DNA of 64,000 bases, taken from positions 4,175 through 68,174 of the forward strand of contig VGBO01000006.1 in the NCBI GenBank assembly GCA_016870475.1. Direction: 5' to 3'. Positions 7,770 to 16,857 of this stretch are shown here, in pieces; the stretch's first letter is position 1, and each line of letters begins with the position of its first letter. Both the position numbers and the translations under genes were made by a program. The notes below the pieces were generated by a model that was given only the letters and a program-made list of their open reading frames with translations, was not told the origin of the DNA and made no database searches. Source of the DNA: Actinomycetota bacterium (lineage in GTDB: Bacteria; Actinomycetota; Acidimicrobiia; Acidimicrobiales; CAIXPF01).

Positions 7770-8157
7770 ACGCAACGTGCTCGGCGGCGAGCTCGAGGTG
7801 TGCGGCACCGACCCGATGACGGGTTGGCACCGCGACGGCTGCTGCAGCACCGGTCCGGAAGACCTCGGCAGCCACACGATCTGCGCGGTGGTCACCGCCG
7901 AGTTCCTCGAGCACCAGCGCAGCATCGGCAACGACCTGCAGACGCCGATGCCCGCCTACCGGTTCCCCGGCCTCGTCCCCGGTGACCGCTGGTGCGTCAC
8001 CGCACGGAACTGGTTGCGCGCCTTCCACGACGGCGCCGCAGCACCGGTCGTGCTGGCGGCGACGAACGTGAAGGTGCTCGACCTCGTGCCGCTCGACGCG
8101 CTGCGCCGCCACGCCGTCGACGTGCCGGGTGACCTGTCGGGCCTCGACCTCGCCTGA
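7762..8157 (+). CDS. DUF2237 family protein
   Basis: ORF 7762..8157: NVLGGELEVCGTDPMTGWHRDGCCSTGPEDLGSHTICAVVTAEFLEHQRSIGNDLQTP...FPGLVPGDRWCVTA is the DUF2237 signature. It overlaps the upstream gene by 8 nt. Confidence 0.85.
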   Translation: MAERNVLGGELEVCGTDPMTGWHRDGCCSTGPEDLGSHTICAVVTAEFLEHQRSIGNDLQTPMPAYRFPGLVPGDRWCVTARNWLRAFHDGAAAPVVLAATNVKVLDLVPLDALRRHAVDVPGDLSGLDLA

Positions 8158-8162
8158 GGGGT

Positions 8163-9878
8163 TCAGGCGAGGGTGAACAGGCGGTCGAACCGGTCGCGTG
8201 CGTCCACCAGGTGGGCGTTGTAGGTGCGGAAGCCGCCGTTGTAGTTGCCGTCCTGGCGACGCTGGAACTCGCCTTCGAAGTTGTAGTAGCCGGGCGTGCA
8301 GTCCTCGCTGAACCGGGTCTTCCCACGGTTCGCGATCACCTCGTCGACCCACCACTGCTCGGCGTCGTCGGTGGCGTCGATCACGTCACGGCCCGAACGA
8401 CGGACGTGGTCGATGCAGGCAGCGATGTGGTCGCCCTGCACCGACAGCAGGTCGGTGAGGTTGAACTGGAACGACGCCTGGTACCCGCCCATGATGAACA
8501 GGTTCGGGAACCCGGCGGTGTGGATGCCGAACACCGTGCGGATGCCGTCGGCGTACTTGCCGTCGAGGTCGAGCCCGTCACGGCCGACGATGCGGTTCCA
8601 GATACCGGTCTTCTGCACCTCGAACCCGGTCGCGTAGATGAGCAGATCGAGGGGGTACACGCGGTCCTCGAACACGGGGCCTTCGGGACGGATCTCGGTG
8701 ACACCCTTGCCGTGCGTGTCGATGAGACGCACGTTCGGGCGGTTGAACGTCGGCAGGTACTCGTTGTGGAAGCACGGCCGCTTGCACATGATCATGTACC
8801 AGGGCTTGAGGGACTCGGCCGTGGCGGGGTCGTGCACCGTCTCCTCGATGCGGCGGTGGATGCGCATCAGCCGGTCGATGTTCGCCTGCTCCTGGTCGCG
8901 GAGCTTCTCCTCCGCCGACATCGCAGCCCAGCGGGCCTTCGTCTCGTCCGACGGTTCGATCGCCCGGAGCACGCGCTCGCGACGCTTCGTCTGCCAGCCC
9001 GGCTGCAGACGACGAGCCCAGTTCGGGTCGGTCGGCCAGTCCTCCTTGAAGTCGATCGTGGAGGGCGTGCGCTGGAAGACGACGAGTTCCTTGGCGTTCG
9101 CGCCGAGGTGCGGGATCGCCTGCACGGCGGTCGCGCCGGTGCCGATGATGCCGACGACCTTGTCGCCGAGCTTCTCGAGGTTCGTGCCCGTGTAGTCGAA
9201 GTCCCACCGTGACGTGTGGAACGCATGTCCGGCGAAGGTCTCCATGCCGGCGATGCGGGACAGCTTCGGCTTGGAGAGGGTGCCGTTCGCGCAGATCACG
9301 AACTTCGCCCGCATGCGGTCGCCCCGGTCGGTGCCGATGTGCCAGCGACCGCTCGCCTCGTCCCAGACGGTGGAGGTGACCGTGGTCTGGAACACGGCGA
9401 GGTCGTAGAGGTCGTACTTGCGTGCGATCGCGCGGCAGTGGTCCCAGATCTCCTGGCCGCCGGCGTAGCGGTGGGTCGGGACGTAGTCGAGTTCGTCGAG
9501 GAGGGGCAGGTAGTCGTACGCGGGCACGTCGCATGCGACGCCCGGATACCGGTTCCAGTACCAGGTGCCCCCGACGTCGGCGCCGCGTTCGACGATGCGG
9601 ATCGACTCCACGCCGAACTCGCGCAGGCGGGCCGACGTGAGCAGGGCCGAGAAACCTCCGCCGATGATGAGGACCTCGACCTCGTCGTCGATCGGGTTGC
9701 GTTCGGCGATCTCTTCCGCATACGGATCGTCGGCGATCCGGGCGAGGTCACCGTCGAGGTCGGAGACGAACTGCGCGGTGCCTTCGGGTCGGAAGGCGAG
9801 TCGCAGGTCGCGTTCCTCGGCGAAGCGCGCCTTGATCGCGTCGTAGTACTCCTGCGGCTGACGTTCGTGGGCGGCCAT
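8163..9878 (-). CDS. Baeyer-Villiger (flavin-containing, NADPH-dependent) monooxygenase
   Basis: ORF 8163..9878: GGGFSALL...VERGADVGGTWYWNRYPGVACDVP, the BVMO fingerprint FAGHAFHTSRWD, and a second dinucleotide motif GIIGTGATAVQ. Confidence 0.9.
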   Translation of the reverse strand: MAAHERQPQEYYDAIKARFAEERDLRLAFRPEGTAQFVSDLDGDLARIADDPYAEEIAERNPIDDEVEVLIIGGGFSALLTSARLREFGVESIRIVERGADVGGTWYWNRYPGVACDVPAYDYLPLLDELDYVPTHRYAGGQEIWDHCRAIARKYDLYDLAVFQTTVTSTVWDEASGRWHIGTDRGDRMRAKFVICANGTLSKPKLSRIAGMETFAGHAFHTSRWDFDYTGTNLEKLGDKVVGIIGTGATAVQAIPHLGANAKELVVFQRTPSTIDFKEDWPTDPNWARRLQPGWQTKRRERVLRAIEPSDETKARWAAMSAEEKLRDQEQANIDRLMRIHRRIEETVHDPATAESLKPWYMIMCKRPCFHNEYLPTFNRPNVRLIDTHGKGVTEIRPEGPVFEDRVYPLDLLIYATGFEVQKTGIWNRIVGRDGLDLDGKYADGIRTVFGIHTAGFPNLFIMGGYQASFQFNLTDLLSVQGDHIAACIDHVRRSGRDVIDATDDAEQWWVDEVIANRGKTRFSEDCTPGYYNFEGEFQRRQDGNYNGGFRTYNAHLVDARDRFDRLFTLA

Positions 9879-9902
9879 GGCCGCAGGGTACCGGAACGCA
9901 AC

Positions 9903-9926
9903 GGGCCGACCCCAAGGAGTCGGCCC
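9903..9926 (-). terminator. hairpin downstream of the lipoprotein gene (possible intrinsic terminator)
   Basis: GGGCCGAC (9903-9910), 8-nt loop, GTCGGCCC (9919-9926). Located 39 nt after the stop of the minus-strand gene 9965..10465. No clear U-tract. Confidence 0.4.
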
Positions 9927-9964
9927 GTCGTCGATCGTCGTGCGGCGTCGTCACGCCGCCGCGG

Positions 9965-10465
9965 TCACTTCTCCTGCGAGATCCAGTAGTAGAAGGACTT
10001 GTCCGCTGCGCCGGTGCCGTAGGTGAGGGTCAGATTGCCCTTCGTAGCGACGCCGAACGCCGAGTAGTCGGGGCTGTTCGTCTCGGTCTCGGCGCCGATC
10101 TCCCACCCGTCCGCCTTCAGCGCCTTCGTGAGGTTCGCGAAGCCACCCTTGACGTCCTTGATGGTCCCCGACACGAGCCAGGTGGCCGAACTGGCATCGC
10201 TCACCTTCGTGGACGACTGGATGGTCGTGCCCGCGAACAGCGGCGCCTTCGGGATGTCGCCGGGGAGCTTCGTCGCCGCGCCCGACTCGAAGGTGCCGTC
10301 GGACGTCTTCACCTTGACGCCGCCGTCCTTGGTGATCTCGACGTCGTCGGCACCGGTGGCGCCTTCGATCGCCTTCTCGGTCGCCTTCTCGGCGATCGCC
10401 CCGCAGGCGGTGCCGAACAGTGCGACGGCGAACATCGGGACGATGACGAGCTTGTGTGCACGCAT
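9965..10465 (-). CDS. lipoprotein of unknown function
   Basis: Part of ORF 9965..10573. ATG 10465 gives MRAHKLVIVPMFAVALFGTACG (signal peptide plus lipobox). The mature part is Lys/Thr/Gly-rich and visibly less GC-rich. Confidence 0.7.
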   Translation of the reverse strand: MRAHKLVIVPMFAVALFGTACGAIAEKATEKAIEGATGADDVEITKDGGVKVKTSDGTFESGAATKLPGDIPKAPLFAGTTIQSSTKVSDASSATWLVSGTIKDVKGGFANLTKALKADGWEIGAETETNSPDYSAFGVATKGNLTLTYGTGAADKSFYYWISQEK

Positions 10466-10638
10466 GGTGGCGGTCCTTCCGATCTGCGGGCCGGCCACCG
10501 AGGTCGCCCGGTCGCCGAAGTATACGTCGTCACCGCCGAAGCGACGACGAACCCGCTCGTTGCGGATGAGCACGTCGCGAACGAACTTCCGGCGTTATCG
10601 TGCGGGTTGCCGATCGTGGCACGACAAGGGAGGTCGTC

Positions 10639-11301
10639 ATGAGCGACGCAACGGGCTCTACCCCGCCGGGCTGGTACCCGGATCCGCACGGCAGCGGGGG
10701 CCAGCGCTACTGGGACGGCACCCAGTGGACCGACAACGTGCAAGGCGGCGCCGCAGCGGCCCCTGCCTACGGCGCAGCAGGCGGCGCAGCCACCTACGGC
10801 GCATCCGGTGGTGACATCGACCCGCGTTCCGGCCTCGCCTACGCGAACCCGGGCCAGCGGTTCCTCGCGTACCTCATCGACGGCGCGATCATCTTCGTCG
10901 GCTACATCGTCACGTGGATCCTGGCCATCGTCCTCGGCGCGATCAGCGATGCGCTCGGCGGGCTCATGCTGCTCGTCGGCTATCTGGTGGTCATCGGGCT
11001 CTCGCTCGTGATGATCGTGCTCGGCCTCGGCGGACCGCTGGGACAGACGCCGGGCAAGCATCTGATGGGCATCAAGGTCGTCGGACCCTCCGCAGGCCCG
11101 ATCGGTGCAGGGAAGGCCTTCGTCCGCTGGATCGGCTACCTGCTGAACTCCATCGTCTGCGGTCTGCCCATCGGCTTCCTGTGGATCCTCTTCGACAAGG
11201 AGAAGCGGGGCTGGCACGACATGATCGCCGGCACGCGCGTGGTCGTCGCCCCGCCCGGACCGAAGAGCCTCGGCTACTGGTTCGGGAACTTCCGCGGCTG
11301 A
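10639..11301 (+). CDS. RDD family membrane protein with N-terminal DUF2510-like GWYPDP motif
   Basis: Part of ORF 10600..11301. AAGGGAGG precedes ATG 10639. Motifs: PPGWYPDPHGSGGQRYWDGTQWT, then GQRFLAYLIDGAIIF...GQTPGKHLMGIKVV...RGWHDMIAGTRVV (RDD domain). Confidence 0.85.
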   Translation: MSDATGSTPPGWYPDPHGSGGQRYWDGTQWTDNVQGGAAAAPAYGAAGGAATYGASGGDIDPRSGLAYANPGQRFLAYLIDGAIIFVGYIVTWILAIVLGAISDALGGLMLLVGYLVVIGLSLVMIVLGLGGPLGQTPGKHLMGIKVVGPSAGPIGAGKAFVRWIGYLLNSIVCGLPIGFLWILFDKEKRGWHDMIAGTRVVVAPPGPKSLGYWFGNFRG

Positions 11302-11330
11302 TCGCCACTACACACCGGAGCGCCGTCGAC

Positions 11331-11354
11331 GGGTCCCGCCTTCGGGCGGGGCCC
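11331..11354. terminator. bidirectional hairpin between convergent genes
   Basis: GGGTCCCGCC, TTCG loop, GGCGGGGCCC: a 10-bp stem with one G-U pair and a UUCG-type tetraloop. It lies between the stops at 11301 (+) and 11368 (-). Confidence 0.5.
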
Positions 11355-11367
11355 GTTGCGCGTCCGG

Positions 11368-11736
11368 TCAGGTACTCGAGCCGAAGCTCGCCAAGGCGCC
11401 GAGCAGCACGAGCAGCTGCAACACGAGCACCACGGCGAAGAACGCCGCGACGACACCGATCAGGATCGTGCCGATGAGACCGAGGAGCTGACCGGTCTGC
11501 ACGTTGCCCCGGTTCGACCACACGACACCGGGCTGGGCGTCCATGTCGGCGAGGACGCGCTTGCCCTTGATCCAGGCGATCGGCGCGAGCACACCGCACA
11601 GCACGAGGCCGAGGATGCCGAGGATCAACACGGTCTGGCCTTCGGGGTGCTCCCGGGGGAGGACCGGCTGCGGGTGACCCTGCGGGCAGAGCACGGTCCC
11701 CGGTTGCATCGGCGTGCCGCACACTGCACAGAACAC
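11368..11736 (-). CDS. small membrane protein, zinc-ribbon-like N-terminus plus DUF4190-like TM domain
   Basis: 3' part of ORF 11368..12294. GAGGAGG lies 6 nt before GTG 11736. Sequence: VFCAVCGTPMQPGTVLCPQGH...LILGILGLVLCGVLAPIAWIKGKRVLADMD... plus a second TM helix. Confidence 0.7.
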   Translation of the reverse strand: MFCAVCGTPMQPGTVLCPQGHPQPVLPREHPEGQTVLILGILGLVLCGVLAPIAWIKGKRVLADMDAQPGVVWSNRGNVQTGQLLGLIGTILIGVVAAFFAVVLVLQLLVLLGALASFGSST

Positions 11737-11796
11737 GATCGACCTCCTCGTGATTCGGCACCCTAGTGAACCGGGGGCACGGTACGGTCCGCACTC

Positions 11797-12696
11797 ATGC
11801 AGCACCACGACGGCGCGATGGCGCACGACCACCACCACGGGGGCCTCGAGGCCGACCTGCAGACCATGGCGGCGCGGGGACTCGGGCGGCGGAGCGTGCT
11901 CGGACTCCTCGGTGGCGGTGTGCTGTTCGCCGCAGCCGGTTGCGCAGGGGACACGGCGGAGACCGTCGCCTCGGCGACGTCGTCGGGTAGCGGTGGTGCG
12001 TCGAGCACCGCGGCACCGGCGACCTCGGGGATCCCCTCGATCCCTACGTCCGGCACTACGCCGGTCTCGGCGTGCACCGCGATCGCCGCGGAGACGGCCG
12101 GTCCGTTCCCGGGGAACGGGGCGAACGGGCCGAACGCGCTCACGAAGTCGGGGATTGTCCGACGCGACATCCGTTCGAGCTTCGGTGGCGGGACGATGTC
12201 GCCGAAGGGCGTGCCGCTCACCGTCGTGCTCCGGCTCGTCGACACGAGGAAGGGATGCGCCGCACTCGCCGGCGCGGCCGCGTACGCCTGGCACTGCGAC
12301 GCGGACGGCCGGTACTCGATGTACAGCTCAGGCGTGACCGGCGAGAACTTCCTGCGCGGCGTGCAGGAAGCCGACGCTGCGGGCACGGTGACCTTCCTGA
12401 CCACGTTCCCCGGGGCCTACCGGGGTCGCTACCCGCACATCCACTTCGAGATCTACCCGAGCCTTGCGAAGGCGACGACGTCGGCGAACAAGATCGCCAC
12501 CTCCCAGCTCGCCCTTCCCGAGGACACGTGCAATGCCGTGTACGCGACCCCCGCGTACCGCGCGAGTGCGGCGAACTTCCCGTCGACACCGCTGCAGCGC
12601 GACGGGATCTTCGCCGACGGGTGGACGACTCAGCTCGCGTCCGTCGCCGGGAACGTCGCCGACGGCTACACGGCCACCCTCATCGTCGGCGTCTGA
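11797..12696 (+). CDS. secreted intradiol ring-cleavage dioxygenase-like protein (Tat signal, lipobox)
   Basis: ORF 11797..12696: GRRSVLGLLGGGVLFAAAGCAG, then ...TAGPFPGNG...AYAWHCDADGRYS...TFPGAYRGRYPHIHFEI (dioxygenase C-terminal core). The alternative start ATG 11866 would remove a His-rich leader. Confidence 0.8.
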   Translation: MQHHDGAMAHDHHHGGLEADLQTMAARGLGRRSVLGLLGGGVLFAAAGCAGDTAETVASATSSGSGGASSTAAPATSGIPSIPTSGTTPVSACTAIAAETAGPFPGNGANGPNALTKSGIVRRDIRSSFGGGTMSPKGVPLTVVLRLVDTRKGCAALAGAAAYAWHCDADGRYSMYSSGVTGENFLRGVQEADAAGTVTFLTTFPGAYRGRYPHIHFEIYPSLAKATTSANKIATSQLALPEDTCNAVYATPAYRASAANFPSTPLQRDGIFADGWTTQLASVAGNVADGYTATLIVGV

Positions 12697-12711
12697 TCGG
12701 CCGCCGCGCAC

Positions 12712-13743
12712 TCAGCCGAGCAGCTCGGCGGCGCGGTCGAGGAGGCTGCCGATCGAGGTGCCCATGACCTCCCACAGCGGGTCGACGCGCTTCCCGCGGC
12801 GGTGGAGCGCGAGGTTGAACCCGGTGATCACCGCGAACTTGTAGGCGGCCAGCGCCCGGAAGAACGCAACGTCGCCGACCGGCGCACCCCAGGCTTCGGC
12901 GTAGTCGTCGACGAGCTCCTCCGGCGAGGGCATGCCCTCGGGCACGGCGAAGGGGTGGTTCCACGCCGTCGCGTCGTTCCACGTCGCGAACCAGCCGAGG
13001 TCGGTGAGGGTCGAACCGATCGCGCACAACTCCCAGTCGAGCACCGCCCGCAACGCGCCGTCGTCGCTGTAGTAGAGGTTCCCGAACTGGTAGTCGCCGT
13101 GCACGAGACCGACGGTCGGCGCGTCCGGGCGCCGCGCCAGCAGCCGTTCCCGGACCCGCGGCGCGAGCGCGAACGCTTCCGGCTCGGCCACACGGCCCAC
13201 CAGGCGGTCCCACGAGGTGATGTCGTCGGCGAGGTCGACCGGTTCGCCGAGGTATCCGCACCGCGTCCGCCAGTCGACCCGGTGGATACCGACGAGTGCC
13301 TTCGCCGCGTCCCGGCCCATCCGCCGCCGCGTCGCGTCGTCGAGGGCGAGCACCCAGCGGGCCTGCCCCTCGAGGCCGAGCACGGAGCCGTCCCGCAGGC
13401 GGTCCACGACGAAGTACGGGGACCCGAACCAACCGGTGTCGTCGGGGCCGCCCCACCAACGAACCGTGCAGTGCGGCACGTCGGAACCCCGGAGCGCCTC
13501 GAGCGCCGTCACCTGGCGAACCATGTCGGCGGTTCCTGCCCACTGCACGTTGGGCGGCGGCAGGCGCAGGAACCACGCCCCGGTGACTCCGCGACTCGTC
13601 GTGTCGAACCCGAAGGTGAATCCGGCGTGGCCGGGCATGGTCACGAGGCCCGACACCGTCGCGTCGGGATCGTCGAGCTTCGCCCGGGCGAACCGTTCGA
13701 GTCGTTGCGGCAGATCCTCGAACGCCGCGCCTCCCGCACCCAC
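12712..13743 (-). CDS. phosphotransferase (APH-like) family protein
   Basis: ORF 12712..13743: GLVHGDYQFGNLYYSDDGALRAVLDWELCAIGSTLTDLGW (APH catalytic motifs). The GTG start lies 4 nt after the P450 stop. Confidence 0.85.
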   Translation of the reverse strand: MGAGGAAFEDLPQRLERFARAKLDDPDATVSGLVTMPGHAGFTFGFDTTSRGVTGAWFLRLPPPNVQWAGTADMVRQVTALEALRGSDVPHCTVRWWGGPDDTGWFGSPYFVVDRLRDGSVLGLEGQARWVLALDDATRRRMGRDAAKALVGIHRVDWRTRCGYLGEPVDLADDITSWDRLVGRVAEPEAFALAPRVRERLLARRPDAPTVGLVHGDYQFGNLYYSDDGALRAVLDWELCAIGSTLTDLGWFATWNDATAWNHPFAVPEGMPSPEELVDDYAEAWGAPVGDVAFFRALAAYKFAVITGFNLALHRRGKRVDPLWEVMGTSIGSLLDRAAELLG

Positions 13744-13746
13744 CGC

Positions 13747-15003
13747 TCACACCACCCGGAGGGGGAGGGCGGCGAACCCTCGGAAGAACGGCAGCGCCCG
13801 CCGGACCCCTGGCGTGCGACCGGGGCCGAGCGCCGGGAACCGGTCGAGGAATGCACCGAGGCCGATCTGCGCTTCGAGCCGTGCGAGAGGCGCCCCCAGA
13901 CACACGTGCACGCCGGACCCGAACGCGAGATGCCCCTCGACCGGTCGGCACACGTCGAACCGTTGGGGCTCGGCGAACCGGGCCGGGTCGTGGTTCGCCG
14001 CGGCGAGCGCGACGGTGAGGGTGTCGCCGGCGTGCACCGGGCACCCGCCGACCGCTGCGTCGTCGTACGCGATCCGTGCCGTCTCGGTGATCGGCGGGTC
14101 GATGCGCAGCATCTCCTCGACGGCGTCGGCCATGCGAGCCGGTTCGGCGCGCAGCACCGCGAGCTGTTCGGGGTGCCGCACGAGCAGATCGAGCCCGCTG
14201 CTCAACAGGTCGCTCGTCGTCACGTTCCCGGCGACCATGAGCTGGGTGCACAGGCTCGCGATCTCGAGGTCGGAGAGGCGGTCCTCGTCCTCCTGGGCGA
14301 GCACCATCGCCGACACGAGGTCGTCGATCGGTCGCTCCCGACGGGCGGCGACGGTGGAGCGGATGCAACGGCCGAGCGACACGTACGCCTCGCGCAGGCG
14401 GTCCTGACCCGACGCGTCACGGTCGGGGTCGTACCCCCACAGCACCTGTTCCGACCAGGTCCGCAAGTCGTCCGGTGCCGCGCCGTCGAGGCCCATCATC
14501 TCGGCGATCACCCGGGTGGGCAGCAGCGACGTGAACGTCTCCACGACGTCGACCGCGCCGTGCGGGTCGGCGGCGGCGGAACGGGCGACGTCGTCGAGCA
14601 GTTCCGCGGTGATCCGTTCGATCCGGGTCCGTTCGCGGTCGATCGTGTGGGCGGCGAACGCCTTCGACATCAGCAGGCGGATCCGACGGTGCGCCGGGTC
14701 GTCGAGCAGGACGAGCGGGGGTTCGTACGCGGTCTCGCCGACGCCCTCGAACACGCCCGTCCCGGCGATCCTCCGGGCGTAGGACCCCTCCGTCGCACGA
14801 CGTGCGTCGACCCCGAAGGACTTGTGGCGCAACGCCTCGCGCGCGACCTCGTACCCGGTGACGACCGACCGTCCGTACGCAGGATCCGGCCACAGCGGGC
14901 CGTGCGCACGCATCGCGTCGTAGAAGCGCTGCGGGTCGTCGCGGAACGCCGCATCGCGCGACGTCACGGTTGCCCCGCCGTCACCGAGCACGTCGTCCTG
15001 CAC
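13747..15003 (-). CDS. cytochrome P450
   Basis: 3' third of the 1022-aa ORF 13747..16815. GGAAGGGGG lies upstream of GTG 15003. I-helix MVAGNVTTS, EMLR (ExxR), and heme loop HLAFGSGVHVCLGAPLA. Confidence 0.9.
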   Translation of the reverse strand: MQDDVLGDGGATVTSRDAAFRDDPQRFYDAMRAHGPLWPDPAYGRSVVTGYEVAREALRHKSFGVDARRATEGSYARRIAGTGVFEGVGETAYEPPLVLLDDPAHRRIRLLMSKAFAAHTIDRERTRIERITAELLDDVARSAAADPHGAVDVVETFTSLLPTRVIAEMMGLDGAAPDDLRTWSEQVLWGYDPDRDASGQDRLREAYVSLGRCIRSTVAARRERPIDDLVSAMVLAQEDEDRLSDLEIASLCTQLMVAGNVTTSDLLSSGLDLLVRHPEQLAVLRAEPARMADAVEEMLRIDPPITETARIAYDDAAVGGCPVHAGDTLTVALAAANHDPARFAEPQRFDVCRPVEGHLAFGSGVHVCLGAPLARLEAQIGLGAFLDRFPALGPGRTPGVRRALPFFRGFAALPLRVV

Positions 15004-15085
15004 CGAACCCCCTTCCGGCCACGATCCACCTCCGGAACGCCCGACGGTACCCGAACTAGCGTCCCGGCCGGGAAGGGGGCTGTCC

Positions 15086-16033
15086 ATGTCCGTCACACCG
15101 CTACCACCGCCGTACCGCGACCTGCCCGAGGTGCCCGGCCTCGCCATGCGCCACGCCTGGGACGTGTGGGGACGCGACGACGACGTCGGCACGATCAACC
15201 TGCTGAGCCCCGACCGGGTCGCCGAAGCGGCCGGTGAGGTGCGCAGCGGTGAGGTGGTCCCCCTCGACCTGCCGCTGACCCTGCCGGACCCACCGCTGTT
15301 CGGGCGCCAGGCGTACCGCCACGAGGTGTTCGCGCTGAACCGCCACGAGATGGACGACCGGCTCGACGGCTTCCACCTGCAGGGCTCCACCCAGTGGGAC
15401 GCGCTCAACCACGTGCGGGCCCGCGAGCACGGGTACTGGGGCGGACGCACGGACGACCCGACCGGCGGGCCGAACGGCCTCGGCATCGACCGGTGGGCCC
15501 GGCGGGGGATCGTCGGTCGAGGCGTGCTCGTCGACGTCGCCGCGCAGCTCGCCGCAGCGGGTCGACCCGTCGACGGCCTCGCCGGACACGCGATCACCGT
15601 CGACGAGTTGCGCTCGACCCTCGACACGGAGGGCGTGGAGCTCCGTCCCGGCGACGTGCTCTGCCTGCGGACCGGGTGGACGACGGCGTACCGGCGGCTC
15701 GACCACGCCGCCCGGGTCGCATACGCCGCTGCACCGACGTCGACGGGGCTGCGCGCGGGTGAGGACATGGCGGAGTTCCTGTGGGACGCCCACGTCGCCG
15801 CACTGTGCTGCGACAACCCCGCCGTCGAGGTGGTGCCCGGCGACCCCGCCGTCGGGTCGCTGCACCGGCGGCTCATCCCGTTCCTCGGGTTCGCGCTCGG
15901 CGAGATGTTCGACCTCGACCGGCTCGCGGAGCGGTGCCACGCGGACGGCCGGTTCACGTTCCTCTTCGTCGCCGCACCGTTGCACGTCCCCGACGGGCTC
16001 GGCTCGCCCGGGAACGCAGTGGCGATCCGATGA
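15086..16033 (+). CDS. cyclase family protein (kynurenine formamidase-like fold)
   Basis: ORF 15086..16033, with GGAAGGGGG before the ATG: HLQGSTQWDALNHV...GRGVLVD...LRPGDVLCLRTGW. Confidence 0.8.
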   Translation: MSVTPLPPPYRDLPEVPGLAMRHAWDVWGRDDDVGTINLLSPDRVAEAAGEVRSGEVVPLDLPLTLPDPPLFGRQAYRHEVFALNRHEMDDRLDGFHLQGSTQWDALNHVRAREHGYWGGRTDDPTGGPNGLGIDRWARRGIVGRGVLVDVAAQLAAAGRPVDGLAGHAITVDELRSTLDTEGVELRPGDVLCLRTGWTTAYRRLDHAARVAYAAAPTSTGLRAGEDMAEFLWDAHVAALCCDNPAVEVVPGDPAVGSLHRRLIPFLGFALGEMFDLDRLAERCHADGRFTFLFVAAPLHVPDGLGSPGNAVAIR

Positions 16034-16857
16034 GCGCGCCACTCACCCGATTCGCCGACAAGGTCGCCGTCGTCGTCGGCGGCACCGCCGGGATCGGGTT
16101 CGCCACGGCGTTGCGGCTCCGATCCGAAGGGGCGACGGTGATCGCGGCGGCGCGCGACGCCGAGCGCGGGCGTCGCAACCTCGACGACGCGGGTGCGCCC
16201 GACGTCGCGGTCGTCGCGGTCGACGTCACCGACGAGGAACGCGTCGAGGCGCTCTTCGCCGGGGTCGGCGCCACGCACGGTCGGGTCGACGTGGTCGTGA
16301 ACTCCGCCGGGGTGCTGTGGGTCGAACGGTTCGACACGATGACGCACCGCGCGTGGGAGAAGGTGCTGCGGACCAACCTCGACGGTCCGGTCCGGGTCTG
16401 CCGTGTGGCGTTGCCGTGGCTGCGAGCCGCCGTGGCCCGCCCGGGCGGCACGGGCACCGCGTCGATCGTCAACGTCTGCTCCCTCGACGCGGTCGCCGCC
16501 GACAAGGGCATGTCCGCGTACAACGCTGCGAAGGCCGGGTTGTTGAACTTCACCCGGGCGCTCGCCCTCGAGCTCGCGCCCGAGGGCATCCGCGCCAACG
16601 TCGTCTCGCCCGGGGCGATCGACACCGACATGACCGCTGCGGCCACCGGGTCCATGCATGCGAGCGAACAGTTCCGCGCCGCGATCCCCGTCGGCCGCTT
16701 CGGCCGGCCCGAGGAGATCGCCGCGGCCGTCGCGTTCGCCGCCGCGGACGAGGCGTCGTTCCTCGTCGGATCGAACATCGTCGTCGACGGCGGCGTGACG
16801 TCGGGAACCGGCCACCCGGACCTGCTCGAGATGTTCCGACCACGAGGAGACGCATGA
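16030..16857 (+). CDS. SDR family oxidoreductase
   Basis: ATGA overlap at 16030-16033. Motifs: KVAVVVGGTAGIGFA, NSAG, and SAYNAAKAG (YxxxK). Confidence 0.9.
   Translation: MSAPLTRFADKVAVVVGGTAGIGFATALRLRSEGATVIAAARDAERGRRNLDDAGAPDVAVVAVDVTDEERVEALFAGVGATHGRVDVVVNSAGVLWVERFDTMTHRAWEKVLRTNLDGPVRVCRVALPWLRAAVARPGGTGTASIVNVCSLDAVAADKGMSAYNAAKAGLLNFTRALALELAPEGIRANVVSPGAIDTDMTAAATGSMHASEQFRAAIPVGRFGRPEEIAAAVAFAAADEASFLVGSNIVVDGGVTSGTGHPDLLEMFRPRGDA

Noticed and set aside
13747-16815. 1022-aa ORF on the minus strand. Similar giant ORFs occur at 21964..25068, 33075..36977, 39215..42319, 12802..15237, 48861..51629 and 57236..59494.
   Set aside because: Only the 3' portion of each has a protein-like translation (P450, LLM, CMD, aldolase, MFS, DUF2786). 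The upstream parts are Arg/Pro/Gly/Ser-rich, antisense to clearly recognisable genes, and reflect the lack of stop codons in GC-rich DNA.
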